This document shows, piece after piece, positions 1 to 12,268 of a stretch of 64,000 bases of DNA. A model generated the notes under the pieces. That model did no database searches. It saw only the letters and a list, made by a program, of their open reading frames with translations, and had not been told where the DNA came from. The first letter of the stretch is position 1. Every line of letters begins with the position of its first letter. This stretch comes from Eledone cirrhosa. Taxonomy: Eukaryota. Both the position numbers and the translations under genes were made by a program. Location: contig OZ024741.1 in the NCBI GenBank assembly GCA_964016885.1, forward strand, positions 343,356,001 to 343,420,000. Direction: 5' to 3'.

Positions 1-31
<31 letters not shown>

Positions 32-386
32 GCGTATGTATATATGTGTGTATATATATATGTATGTATATATGTATATATATATATATTTTTATTTTTT
101 TATTTTTTTAAAAAGATTGTTTTGGTAAAAAGAGGAGTAAGCAGGAGAAAGCTCTCAACGATCGTTGTTTTTAGCTACGATGGAGAATTTTATAAAAATA
201 ACAAAATAAGATGCTGAGGTTACATATATCGTTTATTCATAATAATTATTTCCACGGTTCTCCATGCAGTCGAGATGTCCTTCATGTACTTGCTGTTGAT
301 TATGAGACGGTATCCTCAGATGAAATCGATATGTTTGATATGTCGCTGGCAGGAAAAACACACGTCCTCATGCCTGTCTGCCCAGC

Positions 387-526
<140 letters not shown>

Positions 527-530
527 TTAT

Positions 531-1023
531 ACATACTTATATTTAAGTAACAGCCGTACTAAGAGTGGGAAATGAAATTTCGTTTCATTTTTTCCGTTTA
601 TCGATTTCGGTGCACCCGGCCGATTAACCCACTCGATATGTAAATTGGGCTACTCAGCCGTTAATATGCATAAGGTAAGTATATACGTTCAACAATCTGG
701 CAAGAAGGTATACGTTGCTGACGATAGCTAATAAGCTTGAAACTAGTACAGCGTTCCTTTGTCAGTGTTGAATAAACGAGCAACGGTGGTTGCTAGACAC
801 TACGGCTTAATACGGGATGTTTGTTTACAAACACACCGAGTATTATAATAAATGTTCGGTGAATCCATACGTGCATATATATATATGTGTGCATGTATGT
901 ATATATATATACATACTACTGTACGTCTGTATACATATATGTATGTACGTGTACATACTTATATTTAAGTAACAGCCGTACTAAGAGTGGGAAATGAAAT
1001 ATCGTTTCATTTTTTTCCGTTTA
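531..1023 (+). mobile_element. Non-autonomous HHR-bearing element in partial tandem (retrozyme/PLE-like)
   Basis: About 70-bp direct repeat at 531-600 and 953-1023 (period about 422) brackets an HHR at 712-754 followed by AATAAA; (TA)n on both sides. Confidence 0.65.
712..754 (+). ncRNA. Minimal type I hammerhead ribozyme
   Basis: acgttg-CTGACGA-t-agct(aata)agct-t-GAAAC-ta-GTA-cagcgt; helix I acgttg/cagcgt; palindromic helix III ACTAGT. Confidence 0.8.
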
Positions 1024-1035
1024 TATATATATATA

Positions 1036-1231
1036 GATTTCACCGTATTTTTGACTAAAGGAATAAAGATGAGTATTGACGTACATGTACGTGAATACTC
1101 ATCTTTTTCCATTTATCTGAGGGTTCTAAACCCCATTATCAGTCTAAAATTCCTTTAGTCAAAAACACGGTGAAAGCTATTCCATTTTCTAATTTCAAAC
1201 CTGCTCACTGTTTCAAAACATATTTACTTGA
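1036..1231 (+). mobile_element. Fold-back copy of the tRNA-associated family (family T)
   Basis: Homologous to 4131-4262, 7797-8132, 23220-23373 and 50375-50513; inverted ends and central palindrome gagtattgacgtac-at-gtacgtgaatactc. Confidence 0.7.
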
Positions 1232-1248
1232 TATATATATATATATAC

Positions 1249-1280
<32 letters not shown>

Positions 1281-1287
<7 letters not shown>

Positions 1288-1481
1288 AGAGTCAGGACCC
1301 CGACGGCTGAGCTCCGGCCGTTCCGTTTCTACAGCTAGATCCGACAGTTCGGATCTAGCTGTAGAAACGGCCGGAACTCAGCCGTCGGGGTCCTGACTCT
1401 TTTCATATTACCCAGTCTACTATCCTAAGTATCGAGTACTCTGGTGCGTTATGGTCCACCTGGTATCTTACCACACCTTTG
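1281..1481 (+). mobile_element. Minimal fold-back derivative of the PLE family at 12815-16584
   Basis: Inverted arms 1281-1344 and 1349-1407 plus tail 1408-1481 homologous to the PLE terminus at 16455-16584; flanked by (TA)n. Confidence 0.85.
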
Positions 1482-1508
1482 TATATATATATATATATAT
1501 ATATAAAA

Positions 1509-1699
1509 TAATTGTTTCTACTTTTGGCACAAGGCCAGCAATTACCCAGTGCATTACTGGTACTTTATTTTATCGACCCCGTAAGGATGAAAGGCAAAGT
1601 TAACCTCGGCGGGATTTGAACTCAGAATGGCAAGGGCCGTAACTCTATGCATCAAAGCATGGCATCCAACTCTCTACCGATACTGCCAATTCACCGCCC
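1509..1699 (-). mobile_element. tRNA-derived SINE (family S1)
   Basis: A-box tggcagtatcgg, B-box gagttcaaatcc, central gcctttcatccttacggggtcgataaaataaagtacc (Nin/Deu-like from memory); many copies in the window. Confidence 0.9.
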
Positions 1700-1715
1700 T
1701 TGTTGATATATATAT

Positions 1716-1950
1716 AAAATAATGGTAGTTAAGATGGGATTAAATCACCAGAATTTCTGTTACATGGTTATTCATGTAACTTCGTCAGATTCTTACGCAG
1801 TAATAGGTGTAGTTATGCAATCTTTGTGATATGCCGGTGGATATGCAAATCTATTAATTAGTGTAGTCACACGAATAACCATGTAACAGAAATATGTATC
1901 CTGCAATAAACAATTATGGTGAATTAATCCCGTTTTAACTACCATTATTT
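1716..1950. mobile_element. Fold-back element with split HHR core
   Basis: 35-bp terminal inverted repeat. Minus strand 1754-1788 reads CTGACGA-a-gttacatg(aataac)catgtaac-a-GAAA; plus arm has GAAATA-tg-TATC then AATAAA. Confidence 0.65.
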
Positions 1951-1953
1951 CCC

Positions 1954-2097
1954 GCATAGAATTACGTCCGTTTTCGGTCTGAGTTCAAATCCCGCTGGGG
2001 TTAACTTTGCCTTTCCTCCTTACGGGATTGTTAAAATAATGTACCAGTAATGCACTGGGATAATTGCTGGCCTTGTGCCAAGAGTAGAAACAATTAT
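1954..2097 (+). mobile_element. SINE S1, 5'-truncated
   Basis: Matches the S1 body and 3' end ggccttgtgccaagagtagaaacaatta. Confidence 0.85.
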
Positions 2098-2230
2098 TTG
2101 ATAAATGAATACTCCGTCACTCATTATCATCTACCTGGGATAAACTACTGACGTGAAGTGCTTTGAATCGCTAGGACATGCTTATCCTAAGGAAGCTACA
2201 ATGTAACAACTAAGAAACAACACTCTTCTG

Positions 2231-2340
<110 letters not shown>

Positions 2341-3670
2341 GTGTACACGCATATTTATATTTTCACCTGATAAACAAGAGAGAAACTGGATCGCAAATTG
2401 CAAGACTGGTAGGTGTGGGTGGGTTCAATAAAATTGATATGTAATTTAAATATTTCTCTTCAGTTGAATGACCGTTTCGGAAATAGTTCGTTCTAATTGG
2501 AAGACACAGCCAGATAATAAACACATATTTGAAAGAGACAGACAACAGATATACGCGTACCTTTCCACAGTAACACTAATTAACGGAAAATAACTGATGT
2601 AAGTTTACATGTAAGCCAGTAGCAATGTTCACTGATGTTATTCTTCAAGATATTGGCAACAGACTAATGGACAACATGGAATAACAAATTGAAATGTGTA
2701 TTTTGTGGAAGACAGAACAAAGAAGGAAAACATATTGTATGAAGAAATAAATGAAAACAGATTCGTAATGCCAACACACAGGCAGACTTGTCGTATCTAT
2801 GTGCGATTTTCTTAATGCTACGCACCTCAGTTCAACTTGTAGTCGGTAAAAATACCAGATTTTCTCCAGGGGTTATATACCATAGACTGACTTTCACTTT
2901 GGGATAGTCTTGTTCTTCACGCAAGGAAACTGAAAATAAGTTCTGGTTATTATTAACACATTGTTCTTGTTGTTGTTTAAACCCACGTCATTCCCGAAGG
3001 AGTCTGACGATAAACAACCTTCCAGACGTAATCATCTCATTTGATTTGCAGCATTAATGTATATAAGACATTACTGTATATAAAACTGCATAATTCAATG
3101 TATCCTTCCGTGTTGAAGACTGTTAGTTGAGATTTCGGGGAAGATGTCTTTTCTAACAGATATCACACAGAGAAAGTCCGTATGTTGTTGTTATCATTGT
3201 TGCTGCTTAGTCTATGAGTTAGCCAATCAAAACTATGTACAAAGACGTTTAGCTAGTGAACCACGCGTCTTTTGCTGGGACATAAGTGAAAACGAAGGGT
3301 CGACTGAAAACTTCATAGACTGACCAAAATGCTCGTATGGAATATCGAAATGAGGTCCTTTTTCAACATAGCACCTAGAAAGAAACCATACATTTATTAA
3401 TAAAATTTGAAATTAATGCATGCACTATTTCACTATTTCACAACTCTAGAACCACTCCTTCATAATCAGCCTATGGATCTTTCAACCGACCTTCGATTAG
3501 GAAGTATATTTTCTATAATCTCGGTTACTCACAATTACGCCCTCAGTGAGATATAGTTTGAACGTATAAGCGAGCTAACTACTTACAGAGTCCTAACAAA
3601 ATGTATATTTGTAATGGAACGGGTACACATAGTTCTGTGCAAGTACAGACTTCATCAACAAATACAATTT

Positions 3671-3726
<56 letters not shown>

Positions 3727-4053
3727 AACCTATTAGCAGAGAAGGATGGATATTGAAATGAACTCTCTTCTCTGAATGAACATGTATGTGAAAATAAATT
3801 TTTCTTCCCCCCTTTTTTGTATTATTCTTACTATCACTATTTGTACAAATATGCAACGTAACAATATTCTGCACATCCGCAATTGACAATGCATATCATC
3901 TTGAAACCGGTATTGTAAATAAATTAATGTTTTGATATTTCACTGAAAACATCTCTTCAATATTTTCTACTCAAAAAATCTTTTTCCTTTCTATTATTTG
4001 CTTTTTATACATATCAACTGGTGTGTTACTTTTCTACATTCGATATATATATA

Positions 4054-4130
<77 letters not shown>

Positions 4131-4134
<4 letters not shown>

Positions 4135-4258
4135 ATTAGAAATGTTAGCTATCGCCGTATTTTGACTAAAGCAATTAAAGAAATTATTTAGCCTGATAGT
4201 GGGGTTAAGAGCCCTCGGAGAAATGGAAAAAGATGAGTATTGACGAAAATATTCTTAC

Positions 4259-4262
<4 letters not shown>
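4131..4262 (-). mobile_element. Family T fragment in (TA)n
   Basis: Reverse complement of 8040-8132 joined to the gaaaatattcttactt tail end. Confidence 0.7.
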
Positions 4263-4308
<46 letters not shown>

Positions 4309-4312
<4 letters not shown>

Positions 4313-4483
4313 TGAGATTCTACAGGACGAGAACTGTTTCATTCTTTAGAAATCATCAGGAATCTCTAAATAATGAAACAGTTCTAGTCCTGTAGAATCT
4401 CATCTATATTAAAACTTTTATACTCTGCAATGTATTGAGTACCTTACTTACTGTGGTTACCTCCGATTCAACCCGGAATAACG
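4309..4483 (+). mobile_element. Fold-back element (family B) with HHR-like core
   Basis: Arms 4309-4343 and 4372-4407; minus strand carries CTGATGA...GAAAC...GTC; tail 4408-4483 homologous to 10838-10908. Confidence 0.75.
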
Positions 4484-4565
4484 TATATATATATATATAT
4501 ATATATATACACGTGGGAAAGTGAAAAATCGGAGAATAGACCGTTAAAACATGTTTATTGAAAAT

Positions 4566-4608
4566 ATCACCAACGTACGTTTCGCCCAGTTGGGCTTCTC
4601 AAGGGCAT
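4566..4608 (-). ncRNA. Minimal HHR, U3-A8 core variant
   Basis: Minus strand: ccc-TTGAGAA-gccc(aact)gggc-GAAAC-gtac-GTT-gg, then AATAAA; palindromic helix III ACGTACGT; helix I is weak. Confidence 0.65.
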
Positions 4609-4886
4609 AAACAGTCACAAGTGTTCCTTATATAGTTTGGAAAGAGATTTGGGGGTTAAATCGACATCAAGATTCATTGTTCGCAAAAATATCTTGTTTT
4701 GATTTTGCAGCAGGTCAAGGGAGGTAACTTTGGCCGGTGTTAGGGCAGTCTTTCCCGGATAATTTTTGGTATGCAGGGATCGTTTTCTGGGTGTTATTTT
4801 GCTGCGCCTGCCCGCCGGGGTGTTAAGACTTGTTGCAGGGAGATCTAGTGTGTTATTTCACTCTCCATTCTTAACCCATCTAAAGA

Positions 4887-5028
4887 AGGATATTTTTAAG
4901 CGATGTGTACAACTTATCGCTGTTTCAGCTCTGCTGTTGATGACTGCACATCATAACTGCACCCCACGAGCTCATCAACAGCAGAGCTGAAACAGCGATA
5001 AGTTGTACACATCGCTTAAAAATATCCT
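4887..5028. repeat. Perfect 57-bp-arm hairpin containing the 3' half of an HHR
   Basis: Arms 4887-4943 and 4972-5028; GAAACAGC-gataa-GTTGTA forms helix III plus a GUA site. Confidence 0.8.
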
Positions 5029-5029
5029 G

Positions 5030-5088
<59 letters not shown>

Positions 5089-5090
<2 letters not shown>

Positions 5091-5269
5091 CGAAGGAAAT
5101 GTGGTAAGGAACCAGGTGGACCATAACGCACCCAAGTACTCAATACTTAGGGTAGTAGAGTGGGTAATAGGAACCAGTAAGACCCCGACGGCTGAACTCA
5201 AGCCGTTTCGACGGCTAATTCCAGAATTAGCTGTCGAAACGGCTTGAGCTCAGCCGTCGGCGTCTTACT

Positions 5270-5273
<4 letters not shown>
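5089..5273 (-). mobile_element. Minimal fold-back derivative of the PLE family at 12815-16584
   Basis: Tail 5089-5171 on minus strand; arms 5172-5221 and 5224-5273; flanked by (TA)n. Confidence 0.85.
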
Positions 5274-5300
<27 letters not shown>

Positions 5301-5511
5301 GCATTTAATTGGAATACTCAACATTTAATAAAATGAATTTTACTGATACATGGAAACAGATTATACTTTATATACATTACAAAACTCTTTTTTAAAAAGA
5401 ATTGTCCCTCATTTTTTCGATGTTACTTTGACGAATCAAAGAAAGCGGAAAAAAGAAAAAGAAAAATAGACCCTTATATATATTTTCCGTGCTATTTCCA
5501 ATCTCTCTCTC

Positions 5512-5568
<57 letters not shown>

Positions 5569-5608
5569 GATGAAAGAGTAGACAAGAGTATCTCTATTAT
5601 TTCTTCAA

Positions 5609-5687
5609 AGCCCCGACGACAGTTTCACCGACTGGTCTGCCGCATTCATGCACCAGTGCTGTGAGGCTGTCGGCTTTTCAACAGATC
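5609..5687 (-). ncRNA. HHR-like motif, U3-A8 variant, helix I degenerate
   Basis: Minus strand: TTGAAAA-gccgac...gtcggt-GAAAC-tgtc-GTC-gggg. Confidence 0.5.
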
Positions 5688-5814
5688 ACCTATTATGTGG
5701 AATATTTCCTGACCTGACCGGACCGTTGCAAATGAATAATTCTCAGGAGGTATAAATTATCACGTGGTATAGTGATCACAGGAGGGAAGCAAAGACTGGA
5801 CGTTCGGCGAGTAC

Positions 5815-5856
<42 letters not shown>

Positions 5857-5862
<6 letters not shown>

Positions 5863-6846
5863 TCTGAATTTGTTTAGCAAGATTCTTTATCTGAAAATGT
5901 GTGTTGAAACCGATATTGTTATACTTTGGGAGGGTCATGTAGCCAATAAGAAACACACGCACCAGCTGCTTTCGCTCCAATTTATTATAAATTAAATTCA
6001 TAAATTTAAGAAATTTGTAAATTTCCAGTTGGTTGGTTGGTTCCACAACCGGACGGTTGTTCATATATTGTCAAAGTTCTTTCGTCACACATTCTGTGAC
6101 CGCTTCGGTAACTGGAGATTCTTTTCTTTGTTTTGTGCCTCTCCTTTGTTCTATCCTACGCCATCTTGTTTGTGTGTGTGTTGTGTGCTTAGTTAGGTGA
6201 GACAGATCGTAGTATAGGAGAAAGATTAAATAAACACTGGCGAGAGCTTCAAGATAGAAAAGAATCATCAGTATTTCACCAACATGCTAAAATAGAACAA
6301 AAGGGAAAATTAGAGAACATAGAATAAAAATAAAATCTACACACAGAAAGGACGCAATGTTTAGACAAATCACAGAGGCAATAAACATAAATGAACTCCA
6401 ACCAAAATTAAATAGAAAACATGAATGGAATAGCAACATCACACAATTAAGGACAAAATGAAAACACACACACACAGAACAAACAACCAACTAGTAACAT
6501 GTAAATAAACAAATAAACAAACAAATAAAAACACACACAGACACCCGGATATAACACATGCGCAAACTAAGCACACAACATACACAAAACCAACATGGCG
6601 TAGGACAGAACAAAGGAGAGGCACAAAATAAAGAAAATAATCCCCTGTCACTGAAGAGGTCACAGAATGTGTGACGAAAGAACTTTCACAATATATGAAC
6701 AACCGACCGGTTGTGGAACCAACAAACCAACCGGAAATTTACAAATTTCTTAAATTTATGAATTTAATTTACAATAAATTGGAGTGAAAGAAACTGGTGC
6801 GTGTGTTTCTTATTGGCAAGATGACCCTCCCAAAGTATAACAATAT
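5857..6846. mobile_element. 5'-truncated PLE with inverted pLTR (family of 59615-62547)
   Basis: Tail-bearing minus arm 5857-6195; plus arm 6195-6846 begins in the GIY-YIG coding region (GETDRSIGERLNKHWRELQD) and carries an HHR at 6646-6690. Confidence 0.85.
6646..6690 (+). ncRNA. Minimal HHR in PLE pLTR
   Basis: tgtca-CTGAAGA-g-gtcaca(gaatg)tgtgac-GAAAG-aa-CTT-tcaca (tgaca in sister copies at about 6069 and 59827). Confidence 0.7.
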
Positions 6847-7212
6847 ATATATATATATATGTAGTGGTACTTTGTTATATATATATAAATGGTGGAACTT
6901 TGTTTTATATATATATATGTGTATATATATGTATATATACATAAATATATAGTATAAGAGAGAAAACCCAGGTAAGCATTAAGAGAAGGATTTTATCCAG
7001 GTACTTACGACCGTTTCATTGGTAAGTGCAACCTTATATTGCTATACTGCAAATAGCAGCCATTCAATGATAATTGTTGTTCACGTCCAAAATTTCAAAA
7101 TAGTGAGTAAGTTACAAACTTGTGGAGTTACCCCTAACCGTACGTTGAAACCACCCATGAAACTGGCTTTCTTAACCACCAACTGGATGACAATAAGCAA
7201 TTTTCTGCTTCC

Positions 7213-7274
<62 letters not shown>

Positions 7275-7319
7275 AGGTTCCACTATATATATAAATATAT
7301 ATATATAACAGAGTACCAC

Positions 7320-7352
<33 letters not shown>

Positions 7353-7526
7353 ATTTAATACAATAACAGAGAAAGCTTTAAGCTAAACTCTGACTGGTAA
7401 CCATCTCACTCAACAAACATTAGGGTATACGTTAGTATAATCCCAATTTTGTGTTTGGGGTGCTAACTATATGTATTTTGTGGAAAGCCAGTTGTATTAT
7501 CTTATATGAGATATAATTAAAATTAA

Positions 7527-7559
<33 letters not shown>

Positions 7560-7568
7560 ACAGAGTAC

Positions 7569-7617
<49 letters not shown>

Positions 7618-7626
7618 ACAGAGTAC

Positions 7627-7708
<82 letters not shown>

Positions 7709-7760
7709 GTACTTTGTTATATATATATACTGTATATATATATATGGTGGAACTTTGCTT

Positions 7761-7795
<35 letters not shown>

Positions 7796-7796
7796 G

Positions 7797-8132
7797 TAAG
7801 AATATTTTCGAGACAGCGAGCGGTTTTCAAATTATTATAAATGTAAGCTATCGCCGTATTTTGACTAAAGATTTATAATAATTTCAAACCCGCTCGCTAT
7901 TTCGAAAATATTCTTACTTGACTGTACAGTCGCTAAATTTATAGCTTCTAATTTGAATGGAAAATGGCGGGTGATGTGTTGGTGTAAATGGTAGCACAGT
8001 GCTCTGGATAACCAAAGATGTGGGTTAGACTCCCATGTACGTCAATACTCATCTTTTTCCATTTCTCCGAGGGTTCTTAACCCCACTATCAGGCTAAATA
8101 ATTTCTTCAGTCAAAATACGGCGATAGCTTAC
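7797..8132 (+). mobile_element. Longest family T copy (fold-back plus tRNA-like domain)
   Basis: Hairpin 7797-7917; body 7871-8132 contains the cloverleaf; flanked by TA-rich repeats. Confidence 0.7.
7973..8044 (+). tRNA. tRNA-like sequence or pseudogene, anticodon arm degenerate
   Basis: 72 nt: acceptor gatgtgt/gtacgtc, D stem gtgt/gcac around aaatggta, T arm gtggg-ttagact-cccat, TTTTT about 10 nt downstream. Anticodon stem does not pair. Confidence 0.55.
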
Positions 8133-8482
8133 ATATATATATATATATACATATATATATATGCATATATATGTGTATGTATATATATGAATGTATATAT
8201 ATGTATGTGTATATATATATATGCATGTATATATATGTATATGTATGTGTATATATATATATATGTATGAGTATATATATATGCATGTGTATATATGTAT
8301 GTGTATATATATGTATATATATATCTGTATATATATGTGTGTATATATATATGTATATATATATATGTATATATATATGAATATATATGTATATATATAT
8401 GTATGTATATACATGGATATATATGCGTATATGTACATGTATGTGTATATGTATGTATATGTACGTACATATATATATACAT

Positions 8483-8516
<34 letters not shown>

Positions 8517-8881
8517 GTGTGTGTGTCTATGTGTGTTTGTTTGTGTGTTTTATGGGCCTTCTCTTTATTTAAGCTTGTAGGGTGTATTTTTGCAGCGTGA
8601 TTTTCTTGCTATCTCGGGTTCAACAAGCACATAGACGTGTGTTTATATTTGTAATTTGTAGTGTTAAGGTTATATTGAGGCACCATTCTGACTGTATAAC
8701 ATGTTATTTGTTCACCATTAATTAATCTTAAGTGAACACATACGTCACTCACACGAAAGAAATTATACGAAACAGCGTTCATAATATTACAAAATACACG
8801 TACAGACACATGCGTGCACACGCACTATACACACACACACAAGCAGAAATGTACACACTCACCGGCACACCACGTAAGAAG

Positions 8882-8941
<60 letters not shown>

Positions 8942-9334
8942 GCACACCCACATAACTATACACATACACACACATGCTCACATACACGCACCCGCACACG
9001 TACATGCATACACGCGCGTGCACATACCCACATGCGTACACACCCACGCGCACATCCACACAGACATACACACACATGTAGACACACACGGTCATATACA
9101 CACGCAAACACACACACACACACACACACAGACACATCGTCACACAAACATACGGACACACATACACGCGCATACAGACACGTTCAATACATATAGATAG
9201 ATCCAACAAAACTGTTACATACACACAACACACCTATACAATATAACTACGACAATCATCATCATTCTCATTAAATTCTGCAGCTGCCTACAGTGTGTGA
9301 CGTATTAGCTATTACTTCTAACATTAATGGCATA

Positions 9335-9660
9335 GATTTCCATCGGTTTCGATGATGAGAGCTCCAGTTTTCCGATCAATGGAACAGCATGCTCATGAAA
9401 CTAATGCACACCTATCACAGTATTCCATAGACAAGTGTACACTGAATATAATTCTCACAGAGATTCGGCGTGGCAGTGTTTGTGACAACGCCATTCGTTC
9501 GAAGTACTGGTATAGTTCACCCGACGGGCTTCCAATCAGTTTCCGTCTACCAAATTTTACTCACAAGGTATGGAGTGTCTAGACGCTATGTTAAATGGTA
9601 TTTGCTCAAGATGACATACAGTAGTATCGAATCTAGGACCTAGTGATTGCGAAGAGAAAT
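9335..9660 (-). mobile_element. Degenerate SINE pieces
   Basis: 9335-9500 resembles the 3' part of the SINE at 54183-54502; 9590-9660 has CORE-like ttgagcaa and a B-box remnant. Confidence 0.5.
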
Positions 9661-10326
9661 TCGTAAACATTAGACTGCTCAATTTATCGAATCGGTTGAC
9701 AAGACCCGACCTCATTCATTTACACTGTGGGGTAGAACTCGTCAAATCGAACGAAAGAAACAATGTTTACATTGGGTTTTCCATTGCTGATATTATCTCC
9801 CGGTCACAACTCCGAGCAAAATGAGCAAGGTTAAATAAAGTGTCTTGCTCAAATACATAACGGACTACCCTGTTCGGGAATCGAGATCGTAGCTTCCGCA
9901 TTGCGAATCTAATTTTATTAAGTCACTAAACATTAGCGAAATATCCATTATCACAACTGCATATCACACTTAGAAGGTTATATCAAATTAACATCGCTTT
10001 TCTGACTGAAAAGAAGTATAAAATACTTATAGACACCAAGATAATCTTAATGTGCATTAATTTTCTTAGGTAAATCTCTCTGCTGGTTTCCCAATATCTT
10101 ATGAGGATCCTCGGAAAATATAAACTCTTGCTCATTGACCACTCTTTCATATTTAATATTTTCCTTGTACATAACGTTTCGGCATTGAATTTGTAAGTTC
10201 TTCTTCTTCTGCTGCTGTTGCTGTTTCTTCTTCTTCAACATAGAAACCAACCTTCGTTGGAATATAAAAAGCATTAATTCTATGGTCATGTATTCAAGAA
10301 ATATATCCGTCTTACTTTACGACGAT

Positions 10327-10443
10327 TCTTCTTCTTCTTCTTCTTCTTCTTCTTCTTCTTCTTCTTCTTCTTCTTCTTCTTCTTCTTCTTCTTCTTCTTC
10401 TTCTTCTTCTTCTTCTTCTTCTTCTTCTTCTTCTTCTTCTTCT
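10327..10443. repeat. (TTC)n microsatellite
   Basis: Long perfect TTC run. Confidence 0.97.
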
Positions 10444-10566
10444 TTACTTTTGGTTATTTTAAATATTTGTCTGCTATAGTTGATAACTTACTACGAATAA
10501 ATAAAAAGATACAAACAAAATAAAAAGCAAAAAATAACTACTACACTGCGTGTAATAGAGCAGCAT

Positions 10567-10604
<38 letters not shown>

Positions 10605-10716
10605 CTTTTGTACGTCATGGGTGTTATTCTGAGTTATTGAGTTGTTCTGTATGAATTTGAATTAACAACCTTTGTTCATTCTGTATAATTTATATATATA
10701 TATATATATATATATA

Positions 10717-10905
10717 CCAATCGGACTGAAATCGAACCCTAGACCAGGATCTCCATCGTTTCTCATACCTACCACTAGGCCACCTGATGATTTCCTTCGA
10801 ATGAAACAGTTCTAGTCCTGTAGAAGCCATTTCTATATTAAACATTTATACTCTGCTATGTATTGAGTACCTTACCTACTTTGGTTACCCCTGATTGAAC
10901 CCGTG

Positions 10906-10908
<3 letters not shown>
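10717..10908 (+). mobile_element. Family B element with HHR-like core
   Basis: CTGATGA at 10784, GAAAC at 10803, GTC at 10815; tail homologous to 4408-4483; helix I not evident. Confidence 0.6.
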
Positions 10909-10981
<73 letters not shown>

Positions 10982-12043
10982 ACATGGTTGTGCTAGTGAT
11001 AGTTATGTGGGATGGCAAATTGAAATTTATTGAGGCCAAGTAAAACTCGGGGAATCTAGAGCCTTCATATAGAATGTTATAATCAAGGTTTTATTAAATT
11101 TAATGTTTTGTGATATGCCTGTATCATTTCTGACGTGTATTATGCTAGTTAATCAATAGAGACTTTCGTATAAATACACGACTGGCACACCATCGACGCC
11201 ACCTTATGAATATAAGAATATTAGTAAGCTGTAGGCATCATCCGGAAATTAACGAATAGTAAACCTTAACCACCATTTTCAGAACACCGGCAACAGATTG
11301 AAGGCGCCATATTGTACGCAAGTTACTGAGAAGTTAAAGAAAATATCTCATGCAATTTTGTCGAAAGCTACTGGAGTTCATTTATAAATGAATTATAATG
11401 AGTTGCAGTTGTATCATTATTGTAGGGAATCAAGTTTACGATCTCTAAATGTGTGTACGATTAGAATAAGGAATGCAGCGCTCCATGAACCTTTGGCAAA
11501 ACCTACATGATATATAAAAGGGAAAAATATATCATGATACTCGGGTTATTGCATTTAGAAATGACAGAAATATCCCCACATACTATAGCTTCCCATGTAT
11601 GTAATATCTTTTCTTTTAACCCGTAACCAGGTATGAACATATTAGATTATCTCGAGTGAAGGAGAGCGAGTTCAAAAAGGAAATGAGAACGAGATATAGT
11701 GTAATAACCGACCCCAGTACTAAACATGTACGTTTTCGTCGAACACAAAAGGATGAAGTGAAAAGTTGACTTCGGAGGGATTTGAACACAATGCGCAGAG
11801 ATGCAGAACGAATATGGCAAGGCATTCTATCCGACTCTGCCACTTCTCCGCCTTCATATGTAATATACTCATTTGTAATAAAATTAACTACGATTATAGG
11901 ATATTATCCAAGCAATTAGTAGGTAGAATTACCTCTTGAGGTTCTTAAAGATATTTAACAACTTCAAGGTAAGGGAAATTAATTCTAGTTAGATCAATTA
12001 CGTTGCTGATATTCATAATTACCTCTACTATAAATCTTATATT

Positions 12044-12167
<124 letters not shown>

Positions 12168-12213
12168 AGATAAAATAAATAAGTCAAATGTTTTATATTT
12201 GGCTTCGTTTATT

Positions 12214-12268
12214 ACTGCTATATATATTTCGGTGACAGCCATCTTTGGCTGTGACCTCTTCAGGCAGT
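12214..12268 (-). ncRNA. Minimal type I HHR
   Basis: actgc-CTGAAGA-ggtcacagcca(aaga)tggctgtcacc-GAAAT-atat-ATA-gcagt, then AATAAA. Confidence 0.85.

Noticed and set aside
1509-2097. Two inverted SINEs as TIRs of a composite element
   Set aside because: S1 is abundant, and the copies differ in subfamily and truncation; chance neighbours.
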